From a bacterium (GTDB lineage Bacteria; JADJOY01), in NCBI GenBank assembly GCA_046331705.1, contig JAXLQJ010000016.1, forward strand, positions 1 to 64,000: DNA of 64,000 nucleotides, given 5' to 3'. How positions within the stretch are numbered: position 1 is the first letter of the stretch; every line of letters begins with the position of its first letter. The translations under genes and the position numbers were made by a program. Positions 39,009-49,172 of this stretch are shown here, piece after piece. The notes under the pieces were generated by a model. It did no database searches. It was not told the origin of the DNA and worked only from the letters and a program-made list of their open reading frames with translations.

Positions 39009-40742
39009 ATGCTCGAGCGAGAGAGAGCCGAAGCAGCAGGCGATCCTGATTTTCGGTATCGGCCGCGCCCCCCGCGCGCGCGCCTGTTCGGGCTCGTGGC
39101 CACGGCGCTCGTCGCGCTCTCGAGCCTCGGCGCCTCGTGCCAGACGCTGATCACCGTCGAGGTGCTGGATGCGGCCACGGGTCAGCGCATCCCGGCGAAG
39201 CTGACGATCTACAACGCCAGCAACGGCCAGGCGCTCAACCTGGGCTCGGGCACCGGGGGGCCGCTCACGAGCTGGTACCTGAACCGCATGTATCTCGGCG
39301 CGGGCATGGGCCAGCTCCAGACGTCGGGCAGCGTGCTCGAGATCTGGGCGTCGCGCGGAATCGAGTGGACGACCGCGAAGCAGATCGTCGACCCGGCGAG
39401 CACGACGCAGGTCACGTTCATGCTCTCGCGTGCGGTGAGCACGCCCGGTTACGTGGCCGCGGATTTCCACGTGCACGCGCGGCCGAGCTTCGAGTCGGCG
39501 CTGCAAAGCCCGCCGTTGCCCGAGCTGCCCGACCGCGTCTTGCACTACGTGACCGAGGGGATCGAGGTGATCACCGCGACGGATCACGACTGCGTCGTCG
39601 ACTACGCGCCCACGATCGCGTCGCTCGGGCTGAACGCGGTGGTGACCTCGATCGTCGGCGTCGAGGCCACGCCGGGGCTCAACTCGTTCCGTTCCGCCGC
39701 GGGCAATTGCGACGAGTTGGGCGGCGGCAGCGCGCCGGGCTCGGCGGAGCCGGGCCATTGGAACGGCTTCCCCGTCTCGCCGAGCGCGGTCTACGACACC
39801 ACCGCCGACACCGGCCCGGACGGCAATCACCTGGTCACCGCCGCGACCATCTACGACATGCTGCGTTCCCTCGGTGACTCGTCCACGCTGGTGCAGCTCA
39901 ATCATCCGTACTACGCCCTGGGAAACGCCGCGAACATCGGTTGGCTCGACAAGAAGGGCTTCAACCCCGCCGTTCCCGTTCCGGACAAGTGGCCGGGCTC
40001 GGCCGCCACGACCAACGCGTTCCTCCGTCAACCGTCGCTTCAGACCGGTAGCGTCACGGCGGGCCTCGACTTCGACGCCATGGAGCTCTGGGCTGGCGGG
40101 TCGGTCGTGCAGGGGCGGGCGACGCGCGCCGCTTGGTTCAGCCTGCTCAACCAGGGCTTCCTGAAGGTCGGTACGGCCAACGGCGACAGCCACAACACGC
40201 AGGTCACCGCGGGGTATCCGCACAGCCTGGTGTACGTGGGCAGCGACGATCCCGCGGCGCTCACGCCGAATCAGATCGCCGCTGCGGTGCGCACGGGAAA
40301 GGTGATCGGGACCACCGGGCCGATCCCGTCGATCGCCGTGAACGGCGCTGGAATGGGTGAGCTCACGCAGGATGGCGACGGCACGGTCGACGTCGCGATC
40401 TCCGTGCAGGCCGCGCCCTGGGTGCCGGTGGAAGAGATCCGAATCGTGGTCAACGGCGTCACCGTCGAGACCATCCCGCTCGCCGCGCAGAGCCCACCGC
40501 CTGCGGTCCGCTATCAGGGCGTCGTACCGATCGCGATCAGCCGCGACTCGTGGATCCTGATCGAGGCCGGCGCGACGATGCCCGCGAACCCGACCCAGGA
40601 GCCGCCAGTCTCGTACGAGTATTCGCGGATCACTCTCGGTGCGGCGGCGGACAAGAACCGCGGGTTCACGCCGCTCTCGTTCACCAATCCCGTGTTCGTG
40701 GATTACGACGGCAACGGCAGGTTCGACGCGCCTGGGTTGTGA
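39009..40742 (+). CDS. Exported PHP-domain metallohydrolase (CehA/McbA family)
   Basis: DFHVH, ATDHD, GVE, GHWN, NHP, NGDSH, FTNPVFVDxDG; possible lipobox GASC. Confidence 0.85.
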   Translation: MLERERAEAAGDPDFRYRPRPPRARLFGLVATALVALSSLGASCQTLITVEVLDAATGQRIPAKLTIYNASNGQALNLGSGTGGPLTSWYLNRMYLGAGMGQLQTSGSVLEIWASRGIEWTTAKQIVDPASTTQVTFMLSRAVSTPGYVAADFHVHARPSFESALQSPPLPELPDRVLHYVTEGIEVITATDHDCVVDYAPTIASLGLNAVVTSIVGVEATPGLNSFRSAAGNCDELGGGSAPGSAEPGHWNGFPVSPSAVYDTTADTGPDGNHLVTAATIYDMLRSLGDSSTLVQLNHPYYALGNAANIGWLDKKGFNPAVPVPDKWPGSAATTNAFLRQPSLQTGSVTAGLDFDAMELWAGGSVVQGRATRAAWFSLLNQGFLKVGTANGDSHNTQVTAGYPHSLVYVGSDDPAALTPNQIAAAVRTGKVIGTTGPIPSIAVNGAGMGELTQDGDGTVDVAISVQAAPWVPVEEIRIVVNGVTVETIPLAAQSPPPAVRYQGVVPIAISRDSWILIEAGATMPANPTQEPPVSYEYSRITLGAAADKNRGFTPLSFTNPVFVDYDGNGRFDAPGL

Positions 40743-40751
40743 CGCTCTTGC

Positions 40752-40804
40752 GGGGGCTGGAAGCCCCCCTCCGATCGCGGCGAAGCCGCGATGGGTCTCA
40801 CCCA
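40752..40804. repeat. Cluster of three short palindromes (REP/BIME-like) between convergent genes
   Basis: GGGGGCT-GGA-AGCCCCC (40752-40768), ATCGCGGC-GAA-GCCGCGAT (40774-40792), TGGGT-CTC-ACCCA (40792-40804). Confidence 0.55.
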
Positions 40805-40919
40805 ACGCGACTCGTTGCGCCCGTCGGCTCGCCGCCGGCTCGCGGAGCGAGCGACGGCGAGGGTGGAGGCCGGTCGTCCGGCGGCGCGAGGTGTCCGTCC
40901 GCCCCGAGCGGACCTGGGT

Positions 40920-41930
40920 TCACGCCGACTTCAGGAAGCTCGGTGTCGCGAGCTTGTTGGTTCCCGTGTTCTGGCCGTGGATGAGCACGGGGAATCGATC
41001 GTCGTGCATCGAGCATTCGGGCGAAGCGTAGCCGAAGGTGACCGCGGCGCGACGGCGGTCCGTCGTGTTGCCGGGCGCCGTGTGGATCATGTCTTCGCGG
41101 AAGATCCAGAACTCACCGGCCTTGCACACGAGCGGCCGGGGCTTGGCCGGCATCCGTTGCAGTGCGTCCACGGTGATCTTGTTCACGTTCGGGCCGGCGT
41201 ATTCGGCCCACATGGCCTGCTCGGCGCGGGTGAGCCCGGTGAGCGGCGGCGCCCGGAAATCGTTCTTGCGGGTGGTGCCGGATCGTCTCTCGAGCGCTTG
41301 CTTCGCCCGCTGCGCGAGTCCGATGGCGCGCAGCGCCGTGCTCACGACCGGCCAGGCGCCGCGGCCGATCTTGAGCTTGGATCCGATGTTGAGCGCGGGA
41401 ACGTCGTACTCGGCGAGGAACGAACGCGTGGGGAACATCCAGTAGTCGACGGGGTCGTAGCGCGGGATCTCGTCCGCCTGCCACTGGATGAACTGCGACC
41501 CGGGCAACACCCACAGGCATCCGCTTTCCAGGTCGGCGGGCTCGAGCGCCACCCACACGGCGATCGACCCCACCCGCTTGCGCGGCTTGTCCACGGTGGG
41601 CCACGTCTGGTCCTGGCGGCCGTCGCGGTGGACACCGGTGGCTTTGGCGCCTGGCCGCTTCACGAACGTCCACGCGCGCCAGAAGAGCACGTCGTCGCCG
41701 ATGATGCTGCGGATGCGGTCGACGATCGCGGGGTCGGCACCGAGACGGTACACGTGCTCGTTCAGCATGTGGACGTCCATGGTGAGGTTCGCCCATGGCG
41801 GCCCCTTGGGGTCGTCGAGAAGTGGCTGGATGTCGCGGCAGAGCTGCGCCATCTGCTCTTCGCTGCGGACCCGGAACGGGCCCACGCAGCCATCGCGCTC
41901 GAATGCCTCGAGCTCGGCTTGAGTCAGCAT
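40920..41930 (-). CDS. Phytanoyl-CoA dioxygenase (PhyH) family Fe(II)/2OG oxygenase
   Basis: FERDGC, VHRD (HxD), VWVAL..ESGCLWVLPGS, distal H in MIHTAPGN, RRA. Confidence 0.85.
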   Translation of the reverse strand: MLTQAELEAFERDGCVGPFRVRSEEQMAQLCRDIQPLLDDPKGPPWANLTMDVHMLNEHVYRLGADPAIVDRIRSIIGDDVLFWRAWTFVKRPGAKATGVHRDGRQDQTWPTVDKPRKRVGSIAVWVALEPADLESGCLWVLPGSQFIQWQADEIPRYDPVDYWMFPTRSFLAEYDVPALNIGSKLKIGRGAWPVVSTALRAIGLAQRAKQALERRSGTTRKNDFRAPPLTGLTRAEQAMWAEYAGPNVNKITVDALQRMPAKPRPLVCKAGEFWIFREDMIHTAPGNTTDRRRAAVTFGYASPECSMHDDRFPVLIHGQNTGTNKLATPSFLKSA

Positions 41931-41959
41931 TTCGTCTCCTCGGCCTGGATGCGCGCGGC

Positions 41960-43270
41960 TCAGGCCGCCGCCTCGAGGACGATCGGCATGCCGTCGGACG
42001 GCGCGAGCACCGTCGACGTGCGCACGATGCGTGGCTCGAACCCTGGCGCCGGCCGCGGCACCACCTGGGTCAGGGCTTGGGCGATCACGATCTTCATCTC
42101 GTAGTACGCGAACGACATGCCCACGCAGAGCCGCGAACCGCCGCCGAACGGGTAGAACGCGTACGGGCTCACGCGCGTGCCCACGAAGCGCATCGGATCG
42201 AAGCGATCGGGCTCGGGCCACACGTCGGCTCGGCGATGGGTGAGATAGGTCGCCGCGAGGGCGCAGGTGTCCTTGGGCAGGTCCCACTGGCCCACGCGTG
42301 CCGGCGCCTGGAGGTCGCGCGCCATGAGCGGCAGGATCGGGAAGAGCCGCAAGGTTTCCTTGATGACGCCTTCCAGGTACTCGAGCTTGCCCACGTCGTC
42401 GGGCTGGACCGGGCCCTTGCCCACCACGCGCGCGATCTCCTCGCGGACCTTCTCGAGGACCTCCGGATGACGGGTCAGGCGATGGAAGACCCACGCGAGC
42501 GTCGTGGCGGTGGTCTCGTGGCCGGCGAGCAGGAGCGTGACGAGCTGGTCGCGCAGCGACTCGTCGCTGAGCGCCTGGCCGGATTCGTCGCGCGCCGTGA
42601 CCAGGAGGTGAAGCACGTCCTCGCGCGTCGCCCCCTGCTGGGCCTCGGCGCGGGTGCGCGCGATCTCGGCGTAGAGCACCTCGTCGATCCGATTGAGCAG
42701 CGGCTTGAGCAAGCCGAGCCGCGCCTGGATCAGCGGGAACCACTCGCTGCGTGTCATCACCGCGAGGCACAGGTTCCGGAGGCGCTCGAAGCGCTCGCCC
42801 TTCTCCAGGCCGAAGATCGTGCGCATCACGACGTCGAGGCTGATCTCGTGCACGGCCGGATTGATGGGGAACGGCACGCCGCGTGGCCAGCGGCGGATCG
42901 CGGCGTCGGCGATCTCGCGCATCGCGTCTCCGTACGCGCGCATCCGATTCCCGGTGAACGGCGGGCCGACCAGCCGCCGGAGCGCCCCATGCCGCGGCCC
43001 GTCCGAGAGGAAGATGGACTGCTTGCCGACCACCGGGCCGGTGATGGCGTTCGACACGCCACCGTAGAAGACCTCGGGATCGCCGGCGAGGATCTGCTTC
43101 ACCTCGTCGGGATGGGAGAACACGACGTGTGGCCGCCCGCCCGGCAGGCGCAGGCTGAACGGCTCGCCGAGCTTCTCGTGGCATTCGTCGAGGAGCCCGA
43201 TCGGTTCGCGCGCCCACCGGTAGAGCTGGCGCAGCGGAGAGCCTGGCAGGCTCGGCGGAAGTGACGTCAT
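41960..43270 (-). CDS. Cytochrome P450
   Basis: AGHETT I-helix, ETLR (ExxR), PDRF, FGGGSRLCVG heme ligand. Confidence 0.96.
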   Translation of the reverse strand: MTSLPPSLPGSPLRQLYRWAREPIGLLDECHEKLGEPFSLRLPGGRPHVVFSHPDEVKQILAGDPEVFYGGVSNAITGPVVGKQSIFLSDGPRHGALRRLVGPPFTGNRMRAYGDAMREIADAAIRRWPRGVPFPINPAVHEISLDVVMRTIFGLEKGERFERLRNLCLAVMTRSEWFPLIQARLGLLKPLLNRIDEVLYAEIARTRAEAQQGATREDVLHLLVTARDESGQALSDESLRDQLVTLLLAGHETTATTLAWVFHRLTRHPEVLEKVREEIARVVGKGPVQPDDVGKLEYLEGVIKETLRLFPILPLMARDLQAPARVGQWDLPKDTCALAATYLTHRRADVWPEPDRFDPMRFVGTRVSPYAFYPFGGGSRLCVGMSFAYYEMKIVIAQALTQVVPRPAPGFEPRIVRTSTVLAPSDGMPIVLEAAA

Positions 43271-43420
43271 CGCGGCCTCGTCGAGTGGGAGCGGGGAACC
43301 CACCAAGTATGGCCTGCGGCCGGGAACGACTGCCAGGACGCGAGGCGACGCCGCGCGAGAGGGCCCGCGTGAGAGCGCCGGAGCCCGGGGCCGCGCCGAG
43401 ATCGCCTCGCGCGTGAATGC

Positions 43421-45217
43421 TCAGATCAAGATCGGCAGCGTCTCGGGACGGGCGCTTCGGCGCCGCAGCGCAGCCCACGCGAGCGGGGCGAGGAGCACGA
43501 GCAGATTCTCGAGTCCCTGCGCCGCCGGCGCGTCATGGCCGACGGTGCAACCGATCGTCGCGGTCCCCGCCCAGCGGATCAGCACCGGCGACGTGGTCAC
43601 GGTGTAGGTCGTGCCCGTCGACTTGTCCCAGAGCAGCGTGCCCTTGTAGTCGTAGACGTCGATCGGCTGGGTCGCCGTGATGCCGAAGAGCTGGCGGAGG
43701 TCGACGGTCGTGGTGGTCGACGGATGCCAGGCGAAGGCGAGGTGATCCTTGCCGTTCGAGTGGGCGAACTCGTAGAAGACGCCGCCCGCTTCTTCGCGCT
43801 TCTGGAGGAACGTGTACCCGCTCGAGGCGCCGATGGCGTCGGTGACCAGCTTCGCGCTGTACGCGGCCGGACGCCACGTGGGCGCCCCCGGCGTGCCGTC
43901 GAAGAGCGGCACGAAGGTCGGCGCCATGAGCGAGGCCATGAGCGGCGAGTATGTGACGTGCTCGACCCCCGCGCCCATCGCCGTGACCAGCTTCTGGACG
44001 AGCCAGCGGCCCTGATCCTCGGCGTTGAACGTCGAGCTCTGGTTGGCGAATCCGAGCTCGCTCAGCCAGATGGGCTTGGTCACGAGCTGTCGGGCTTCCA
44101 GGAACGCGACGAAATCCTCGAGCATGAGCGGGTTGTCGTAGAAGTGCGCGCCGACGATGTCGTAGTAGTCGTCGGCGGTGGCGGTGAACATCGCGTCGAT
44201 CATCGCGCGGGAGCGGATCTCCTGGACGTCGGTCGCGTAGTGCTGGTAGAGGCCGGCGTCGTTGCCCGCGTATTGATCGAAGACCACCTGCAAGAGCAGG
44301 CTGGTGTGGAAGAAGCTCTTCCCCCAGCTCCGGACGGCCTGCGTGTAGAGGTTGCCCGCCTGCTGCGCGCGCTCGAACGCCATGTAGTAGCCGATGGCCT
44401 GGCTCGCGGCGCCACCGCTCGTCACCTTCGCCTTCGGATTTCCCGCCTTCACGGCGCGATAGAAGCTCGGCTGGAGCCCCACGGCCGGATCGCCGCCCAC
44501 GCCGCCGAACATGTCCTTCGACGTTCCGTACCAGAACCCTTTCGAATCCGCCTCGTGGACCGTGGACCAGTAGTCCACGCGCGGGAGATAAGCGCCGGGG
44601 AAGAGCGGGTCTGGGTCGGGAGTGCAGCCGCTGTAGCGAGCGGCGAGTGCGCGGACGAACTCGTACCAAGGCGACGTGTTGCCTGGCTCGTCACGGGTCA
44701 GGACCTTGGGCGGGAACGAAGCCGCGCCCTCGAGGGCCGGGCCGTTGCGCGGGCCAAGCCACTCGCCGTCCTTGTAGTCGTAGGAGGTGAGGTCGACCGG
44801 CCAGTCCGCTTGCGCGCCGGCGAACGGCTCGGAGCCGCCTCCGCCGGGGCGGATGCGAAGCTCGATGGCCGTCATGCCGTCGGTGATGGCTTCCTTCACC
44901 TCGCGGTCGAGGTCTTGAAGCTTGCTCGCGTCGAAGTTCACGCCGTCGGGCATGAGCGTTGCCCACGACGCGGACTTGCCGACGACGTGGTGGCTGGTGA
45001 GACCCACCGCGAGCGCTGCATTGAACTGCAAGGCCATGACCCCGACCTCGCCAAAGGGCGGAATCGGAGTGGTCGCGGCGCCGCACGACGACTGAGCAAA
45101 CGCCACCCGCGGCGCACCGGCCGATGCCAAGCCGGCGAGCACGACCCATGCGACGAGTCTCCCTGCAAGAGCGCGGGTGAGGCCACCATGACTCGCGTGC
45201 CGACGGTCCATTGTCAT
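43421..45217 (-). CDS. Secreted clan GH-A-like glycoside hydrolase (GH39/GH5-like) with MYXO-CTERM-like tail
   Basis: FVRALAARY, WSTVHEAD, AVKAGNPKAKV, DIVGAHFY, KPIWLSELG; tail GCTVGHDAPAAQGLENLLVLLAPLAWAALRRR. Confidence 0.72.
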   Translation of the reverse strand: MTMDRRHASHGGLTRALAGRLVAWVVLAGLASAGAPRVAFAQSSCGAATTPIPPFGEVGVMALQFNAALAVGLTSHHVVGKSASWATLMPDGVNFDASKLQDLDREVKEAITDGMTAIELRIRPGGGGSEPFAGAQADWPVDLTSYDYKDGEWLGPRNGPALEGAASFPPKVLTRDEPGNTSPWYEFVRALAARYSGCTPDPDPLFPGAYLPRVDYWSTVHEADSKGFWYGTSKDMFGGVGGDPAVGLQPSFYRAVKAGNPKAKVTSGGAASQAIGYYMAFERAQQAGNLYTQAVRSWGKSFFHTSLLLQVVFDQYAGNDAGLYQHYATDVQEIRSRAMIDAMFTATADDYYDIVGAHFYDNPLMLEDFVAFLEARQLVTKPIWLSELGFANQSSTFNAEDQGRWLVQKLVTAMGAGVEHVTYSPLMASLMAPTFVPLFDGTPGAPTWRPAAYSAKLVTDAIGASSGYTFLQKREEAGGVFYEFAHSNGKDHLAFAWHPSTTTTVDLRQLFGITATQPIDVYDYKGTLLWDKSTGTTYTVTTSPVLIRWAGTATIGCTVGHDAPAAQGLENLLVLLAPLAWAALRRRSARPETLPILI

Positions 45218-45488
45218 TTCCTTGTGGGTCGAGAGCGCTGAGATTGTTCCTTGACGATCTTCTCGTCGGACTCGTGCCACGCAAGTCATGGGCCGCTAGT
45301 GGTGACAATCTGCCCGACAGATTCATGTCGAAATGTCTCCGGGACTCCGCGCGGGATCGGGCGTCCTGGCGAGAAGTGAGCCGCAACTATTCGATAGAGC
45401 TCACGTAAATGACGTTCGCTGCGTGGCGTGCGAAGGCCCTGGCAAACCCGATGAATTGACGTGATTGTTGATAGTGTGACTCTCTGGG

Positions 45489-45523
45489 ATTCAATGTCGA
45501 CATATTGTCATTCAATGTTCGAC
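45489..45523. promoter_or_regulatory. Direct repeat/palindrome, candidate operator in AT-rich divergent intergenic region
   Basis: ATTCAATGTCGAC (45489) and ATTCAATGTTCGAC (45510), 21 bp apart; palindrome ATGTCGACAT 45494-45503. Confidence 0.45.
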
Positions 45524-45827
45524 TTCATGACGCCCTGCGATAGAGCGCAGGCGGGTACGACGTTCGATTCGAGGGAGCCGGCGCCGTCTCGGCGGGTGCC
45601 CGAGGCAAGCTGCCCGGCACCGGGCCGTCGGTCCGGGCTCGCTGCCCTCTCGTGCCCGAGATCCCTCCCGGCCGGGGCGCGCATTCCGGCGCCAGCGATT
45701 CCGACAACTATCGTGATGTCAGCGGCTTACGGCGCCCTGTGCGCACGCGATCGGGACAGGCATTGGCGTTGCCCTAGAGGCGGCCCGCAAGCCGCGGTCG
45801 ACGGGAGATCGCGGCGAGGAGGTCGCC

Positions 45828-47513
45828 GTGAGCTTCTACTCGACACAACGCACCCAGGCCGACCGCCGGGCTCGACGCTTTGCCGCCGCAGGTTCGATTC
45901 TCGCCCTCTCGCTGGCGTTCGCCGCCACCGCGCGCGCCGCCGACTCGTGGCCGACCAAGGGCCACGACGCGCGTCGCACCGCCCAGATCAACGTGTCTGG
46001 CCCCGCGACGCCCAAGAGCGTCGCCGTCGCCCGCATCGATCAGGGCGGCGCGATCAACGTCGCGGCCACGGTCGCCACCGACGGGACCACGTTCTTCGGG
46101 ACGTGGGGAACCGTTCAGGACAACGGCAGCACCGACCGCACGGACTGGGACAAGCTCTCCGGTGACGTGTTCGCCGTACGTCCCACCTTCGGCGCCACGT
46201 CGGCGCTGACGGCGGCGTTCGCTCCGTCCACCCTCGACCCGGTTCCCTATTGCTACGACTACAACCCGTCGATCGCGTCACCCACCCAATGCGGCGGATC
46301 GTTCAGCGAGGAGCTGAGCATGTGGACGGGGACGGTGGAAGGAACGCCGGTGCTCTCCCCGGACGAGAAGGTGCTCTACCTCGGGCGCGGCGACGGGAAG
46401 GTCTACGCCCTGGAGGCGAAGACCGGGAAGATGCTGTGGGACTTCCACACCTGCAACGACGTCAACGACTGCGGTCGCACGCCGTCCAACCCCGAGTTCG
46501 GCGGCGAGGTGGTCGCTGGCCTGTTGCTGCGCGGCTCCACGGAGCTCTACGTCGGCAGCTTCGCTGTCGAGGGCTCGAACGGCATCGAGAGCACGGCGCT
46601 CTACAAGCTGGACGCCGCGAGCGGCGCGCTCGTGTGGCGTTTCCCAGGCGCCGGCTCGCTGCCGGGCGTGTTCATGGCGGCGCCTGCGCTCAGCCCCGAC
46701 GGCAACACCATCTACGCCGCGACCATGTGCGGGCCCGCCGCCAACTGCACCTCGCCCGGCTACCTCTACGCCTTCGATCCGAGCGGCAATCTGCGCTGGG
46801 CGCCGGTGCCGTTGACCGACGCGCTGAATCGTTCGGCGGGTGCCTGGTCGCTGGCGGTCGGTTCCGACGGCACCGTGTTCGTGGGTGGCGGCGGCGCCGC
46901 GTCCTGCGACGCGGCGTTCCTCTCGGCGTTCGAGCCCAAGAAGGGGGCCCGCCGCTGGGGTCCGGTGTCGTTGCCGTCCGGGTTCGGCATTCCCTGCGCG
47001 AACCGCACCGGCGGCATCGCCCTGCGGGAAGTCTCGGGAAAGACCACCCGCGTGTACGCGTCGACGAACTATTCCGCCGAGATGTCGCCCGTCGGCCAGC
47101 CCACCGGCGGTCGCGTGTTCGCGTTCGATCCCGCCACGGGCAAGCAGTCCTGGGGCTCGCCCTTCTTCGATCCCTCGCGCGCGGGCGGTTTCGGCAACGC
47201 GCTCTATCCGAGCGTCGACAAGGACGGCACCCTCTACACGGGTAGCTCCGGCTCCTACGTGGGCGGCTCGCCTGCGTACCCCGTGCAGCGCGGCGCCCGC
47301 ATCTTCGCCGTGACCGAGAAGGCCAAGGTGAAGTGGTCCTACGACGCGGCCGGCGTCATCGCCTACGCGCACCCGGTCCTGGGCGGCGATGGCGTGCTGC
47401 GCTTCGGCGACATGCGCGCGCGAAACGTCGACCCGTGGCTGCGCCCGGCGAGCGATCCGATCTTCGCCAACGTGGATCAGAGCCCGGCGTTCTACGCCAT
47501 CTCCGGCAAATGA
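45828..47513 (+). CDS. Secreted PQQ-like beta-propeller repeat protein
   Basis: Signal peptide, WPTKGHDARRT, GDGKVYAL..TGKMLW, PALSPDG, DKDGTLY; GGAGG RBS. Confidence 0.85.
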   Translation: MSFYSTQRTQADRRARRFAAAGSILALSLAFAATARAADSWPTKGHDARRTAQINVSGPATPKSVAVARIDQGGAINVAATVATDGTTFFGTWGTVQDNGSTDRTDWDKLSGDVFAVRPTFGATSALTAAFAPSTLDPVPYCYDYNPSIASPTQCGGSFSEELSMWTGTVEGTPVLSPDEKVLYLGRGDGKVYALEAKTGKMLWDFHTCNDVNDCGRTPSNPEFGGEVVAGLLLRGSTELYVGSFAVEGSNGIESTALYKLDAASGALVWRFPGAGSLPGVFMAAPALSPDGNTIYAATMCGPAANCTSPGYLYAFDPSGNLRWAPVPLTDALNRSAGAWSLAVGSDGTVFVGGGGAASCDAAFLSAFEPKKGARRWGPVSLPSGFGIPCANRTGGIALREVSGKTTRVYASTNYSAEMSPVGQPTGGRVFAFDPATGKQSWGSPFFDPSRAGGFGNALYPSVDKDGTLYTGSSGSYVGGSPAYPVQRGARIFAVTEKAKVKWSYDAAGVIAYAHPVLGGDGVLRFGDMRARNVDPWLRPASDPIFANVDQSPAFYAISGK

Positions 47514-47571
47514 CGGGAAGCGTGAGGCGCGGCCATCGAATGCGCGAGGACCGAGCCCGGGCCGTGAAGGG

Positions 47572-49128
47572 TCAGGGGTCGGCCACCGCGCCAGGCGGCG
47601 ACGCCCCCCCGGCGACCGTCAGGTCGAGGAAGCGAGCCGGATCGTCCAGCACCATCTCCACCCGAGCGCCCTGATCGACGAATCGCATCGTGATCGAGAA
47701 TCGATCGATGCCGGCGGCGTCCTCGTAGTGAATGCGGAACGCGTCGTCGGCGATCCACTCGCCGGTGGCGGCGACCGGCCCGCCGGTGGGTCCAACGCGC
47801 GAGATCCGATCGAGACCGTCCAGCCCGACCGCGATCTCGAACTGGGCGCCGCCGCGCACCAGCCCGACGGTCGCGATCGGCGCGCGCGCGAATGCGACCC
47901 ACACCTCCGAGAGGTCGAGGCGGTTCGCGGCGAGCCGATAGTGCTTTCCGGAGATGGTCGCCGCCAGCGGCGGCAGCGCCGGCGCGGGCCGACGCGGGGG
48001 CGCTTGCCGGGCGGCGACGACCGCTCGCGCCAGCCGCTCCTCGCCCTCGGGGTTGGGCGGCAGCGGGGCGTCGGAGCGCAACGCGCCGAGGAGCAGCGGC
48101 AGCACCTCGGCACCGGAATAGCCTGCGCCCGTGAGCGCCGCCACGATGTTCCGCTGGGGCCAGATGCTGATGGTCTGGCCGCCGCGGCCGCGCGCTTCGA
48201 TGACGCCCTGGAAGGCGCCGCCGGGCAGCCACCAGCCGTAGCCGTAGCCGTCGCCGCCCACCTGTGCCCGCGGCCGCGTGGATTCCGCGATCCAGCGCTC
48301 GGAGACGATCTGCTGGTCCTGCCAGCGTCCGTGCTCGAGCACCAGGAGCCCGAGCTCGAGCATGTCGCGAGGGAAGAGCCTGAGATCGCCCCAGCCCCGG
48401 GCGACGCCGGCGGGATCGGTGGGCCATTCGAGGTGGGTGATCCCGAGCGGCGCGAACAGCGACTCACGAGCGAAATCCTGGGTGGACATGCCCGTGGCGC
48501 GGCTCACGATCGACGACAGGAGGTGATAGCCGCCGCTGCAATAGGCGAAGCGCCTGCCCGGCTCGTCGCTCGCCGGAAGCGCGAGCGTGGCGAGGTTCCA
48601 GTCCTCGGTGCCCAGCATCGCGAAGAGCTCCTTCTCGCCGGGCTCGAGGCCGCATGCGAGGCCGCTTCGCATCGTGAGCAGATCCTCGACCCGCATCCGC
48701 GTCTTGCGCGGATCGCCGATTCGGTCGCGCGCTTCGGGGAAGAACGAGAGCGCGGGCTCGGCGACGTTGCCGAGCTTCCCGCCGTCGACGGCGATCCCGA
48801 CCAGCAGCGAGGTCACGCTCTTGGTCACCGACGCGACGTCGTGGGGCACGCTGCAGTCGTACGGGTGGAAGCACGCGTCCACGACGAGCGCGCCGTTTCG
48901 CACGATCGACACGCTGTGCACCGGCAAGCGCCGCTCGTGGATCGTCTCGATCGCCTGGGCGAGCACCGCCGAGTCGAGCCCCTGCGCCTCGGGGGACGAC
49001 GTCTTCCACTCGTGCGTCGGCCACGTGGCCGGTGGCGCCCGGCGCGGGATCGGCGTCGCCGCCGCGCAGCCCATCAGGAAGATCGGCACGAGCTGACGCG
49101 CGAGAGCGACCGCGGTGACTCGACGCAT
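47572..49128 (-). CDS. Serine hydrolase, beta-lactamase-like (NylB/AmpC family) lipoprotein
   Basis: Lipobox LMGC; SVTK (SxxK), LLTMRSG, PGRRFAYCS, YGYGWW. Confidence 0.9.
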   Translation of the reverse strand: MRRVTAVALARQLVPIFLMGCAAATPIPRRAPPATWPTHEWKTSSPEAQGLDSAVLAQAIETIHERRLPVHSVSIVRNGALVVDACFHPYDCSVPHDVASVTKSVTSLLVGIAVDGGKLGNVAEPALSFFPEARDRIGDPRKTRMRVEDLLTMRSGLACGLEPGEKELFAMLGTEDWNLATLALPASDEPGRRFAYCSGGYHLLSSIVSRATGMSTQDFARESLFAPLGITHLEWPTDPAGVARGWGDLRLFPRDMLELGLLVLEHGRWQDQQIVSERWIAESTRPRAQVGGDGYGYGWWLPGGAFQGVIEARGRGGQTISIWPQRNIVAALTGAGYSGAEVLPLLLGALRSDAPLPPNPEGEERLARAVVAARQAPPRRPAPALPPLAATISGKHYRLAANRLDLSEVWVAFARAPIATVGLVRGGAQFEIAVGLDGLDRISRVGPTGGPVAATGEWIADDAFRIHYEDAAGIDRFSITMRFVDQGARVEMVLDDPARFLDLTVAGGASPPGAVADP

Positions 49129-49172
49129 TCCGGCGATTTCCTCTCGGTGTCGACCCGCAGCTACGGCGGGCT

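Noticed and set aside
45265-45280. Sigma54 promoter (TGGCACG on minus strand); similar near-misses at about 25503, 51232 and 62913
   Set aside because: Missing the invariant GC at -12 or GG at -24, or wrong spacing.
45435-45480. c-di-GMP-I riboswitch suggested by GGCAAACC
   Set aside because: Downstream GAAA loop and GACGCAAAG elements are absent.
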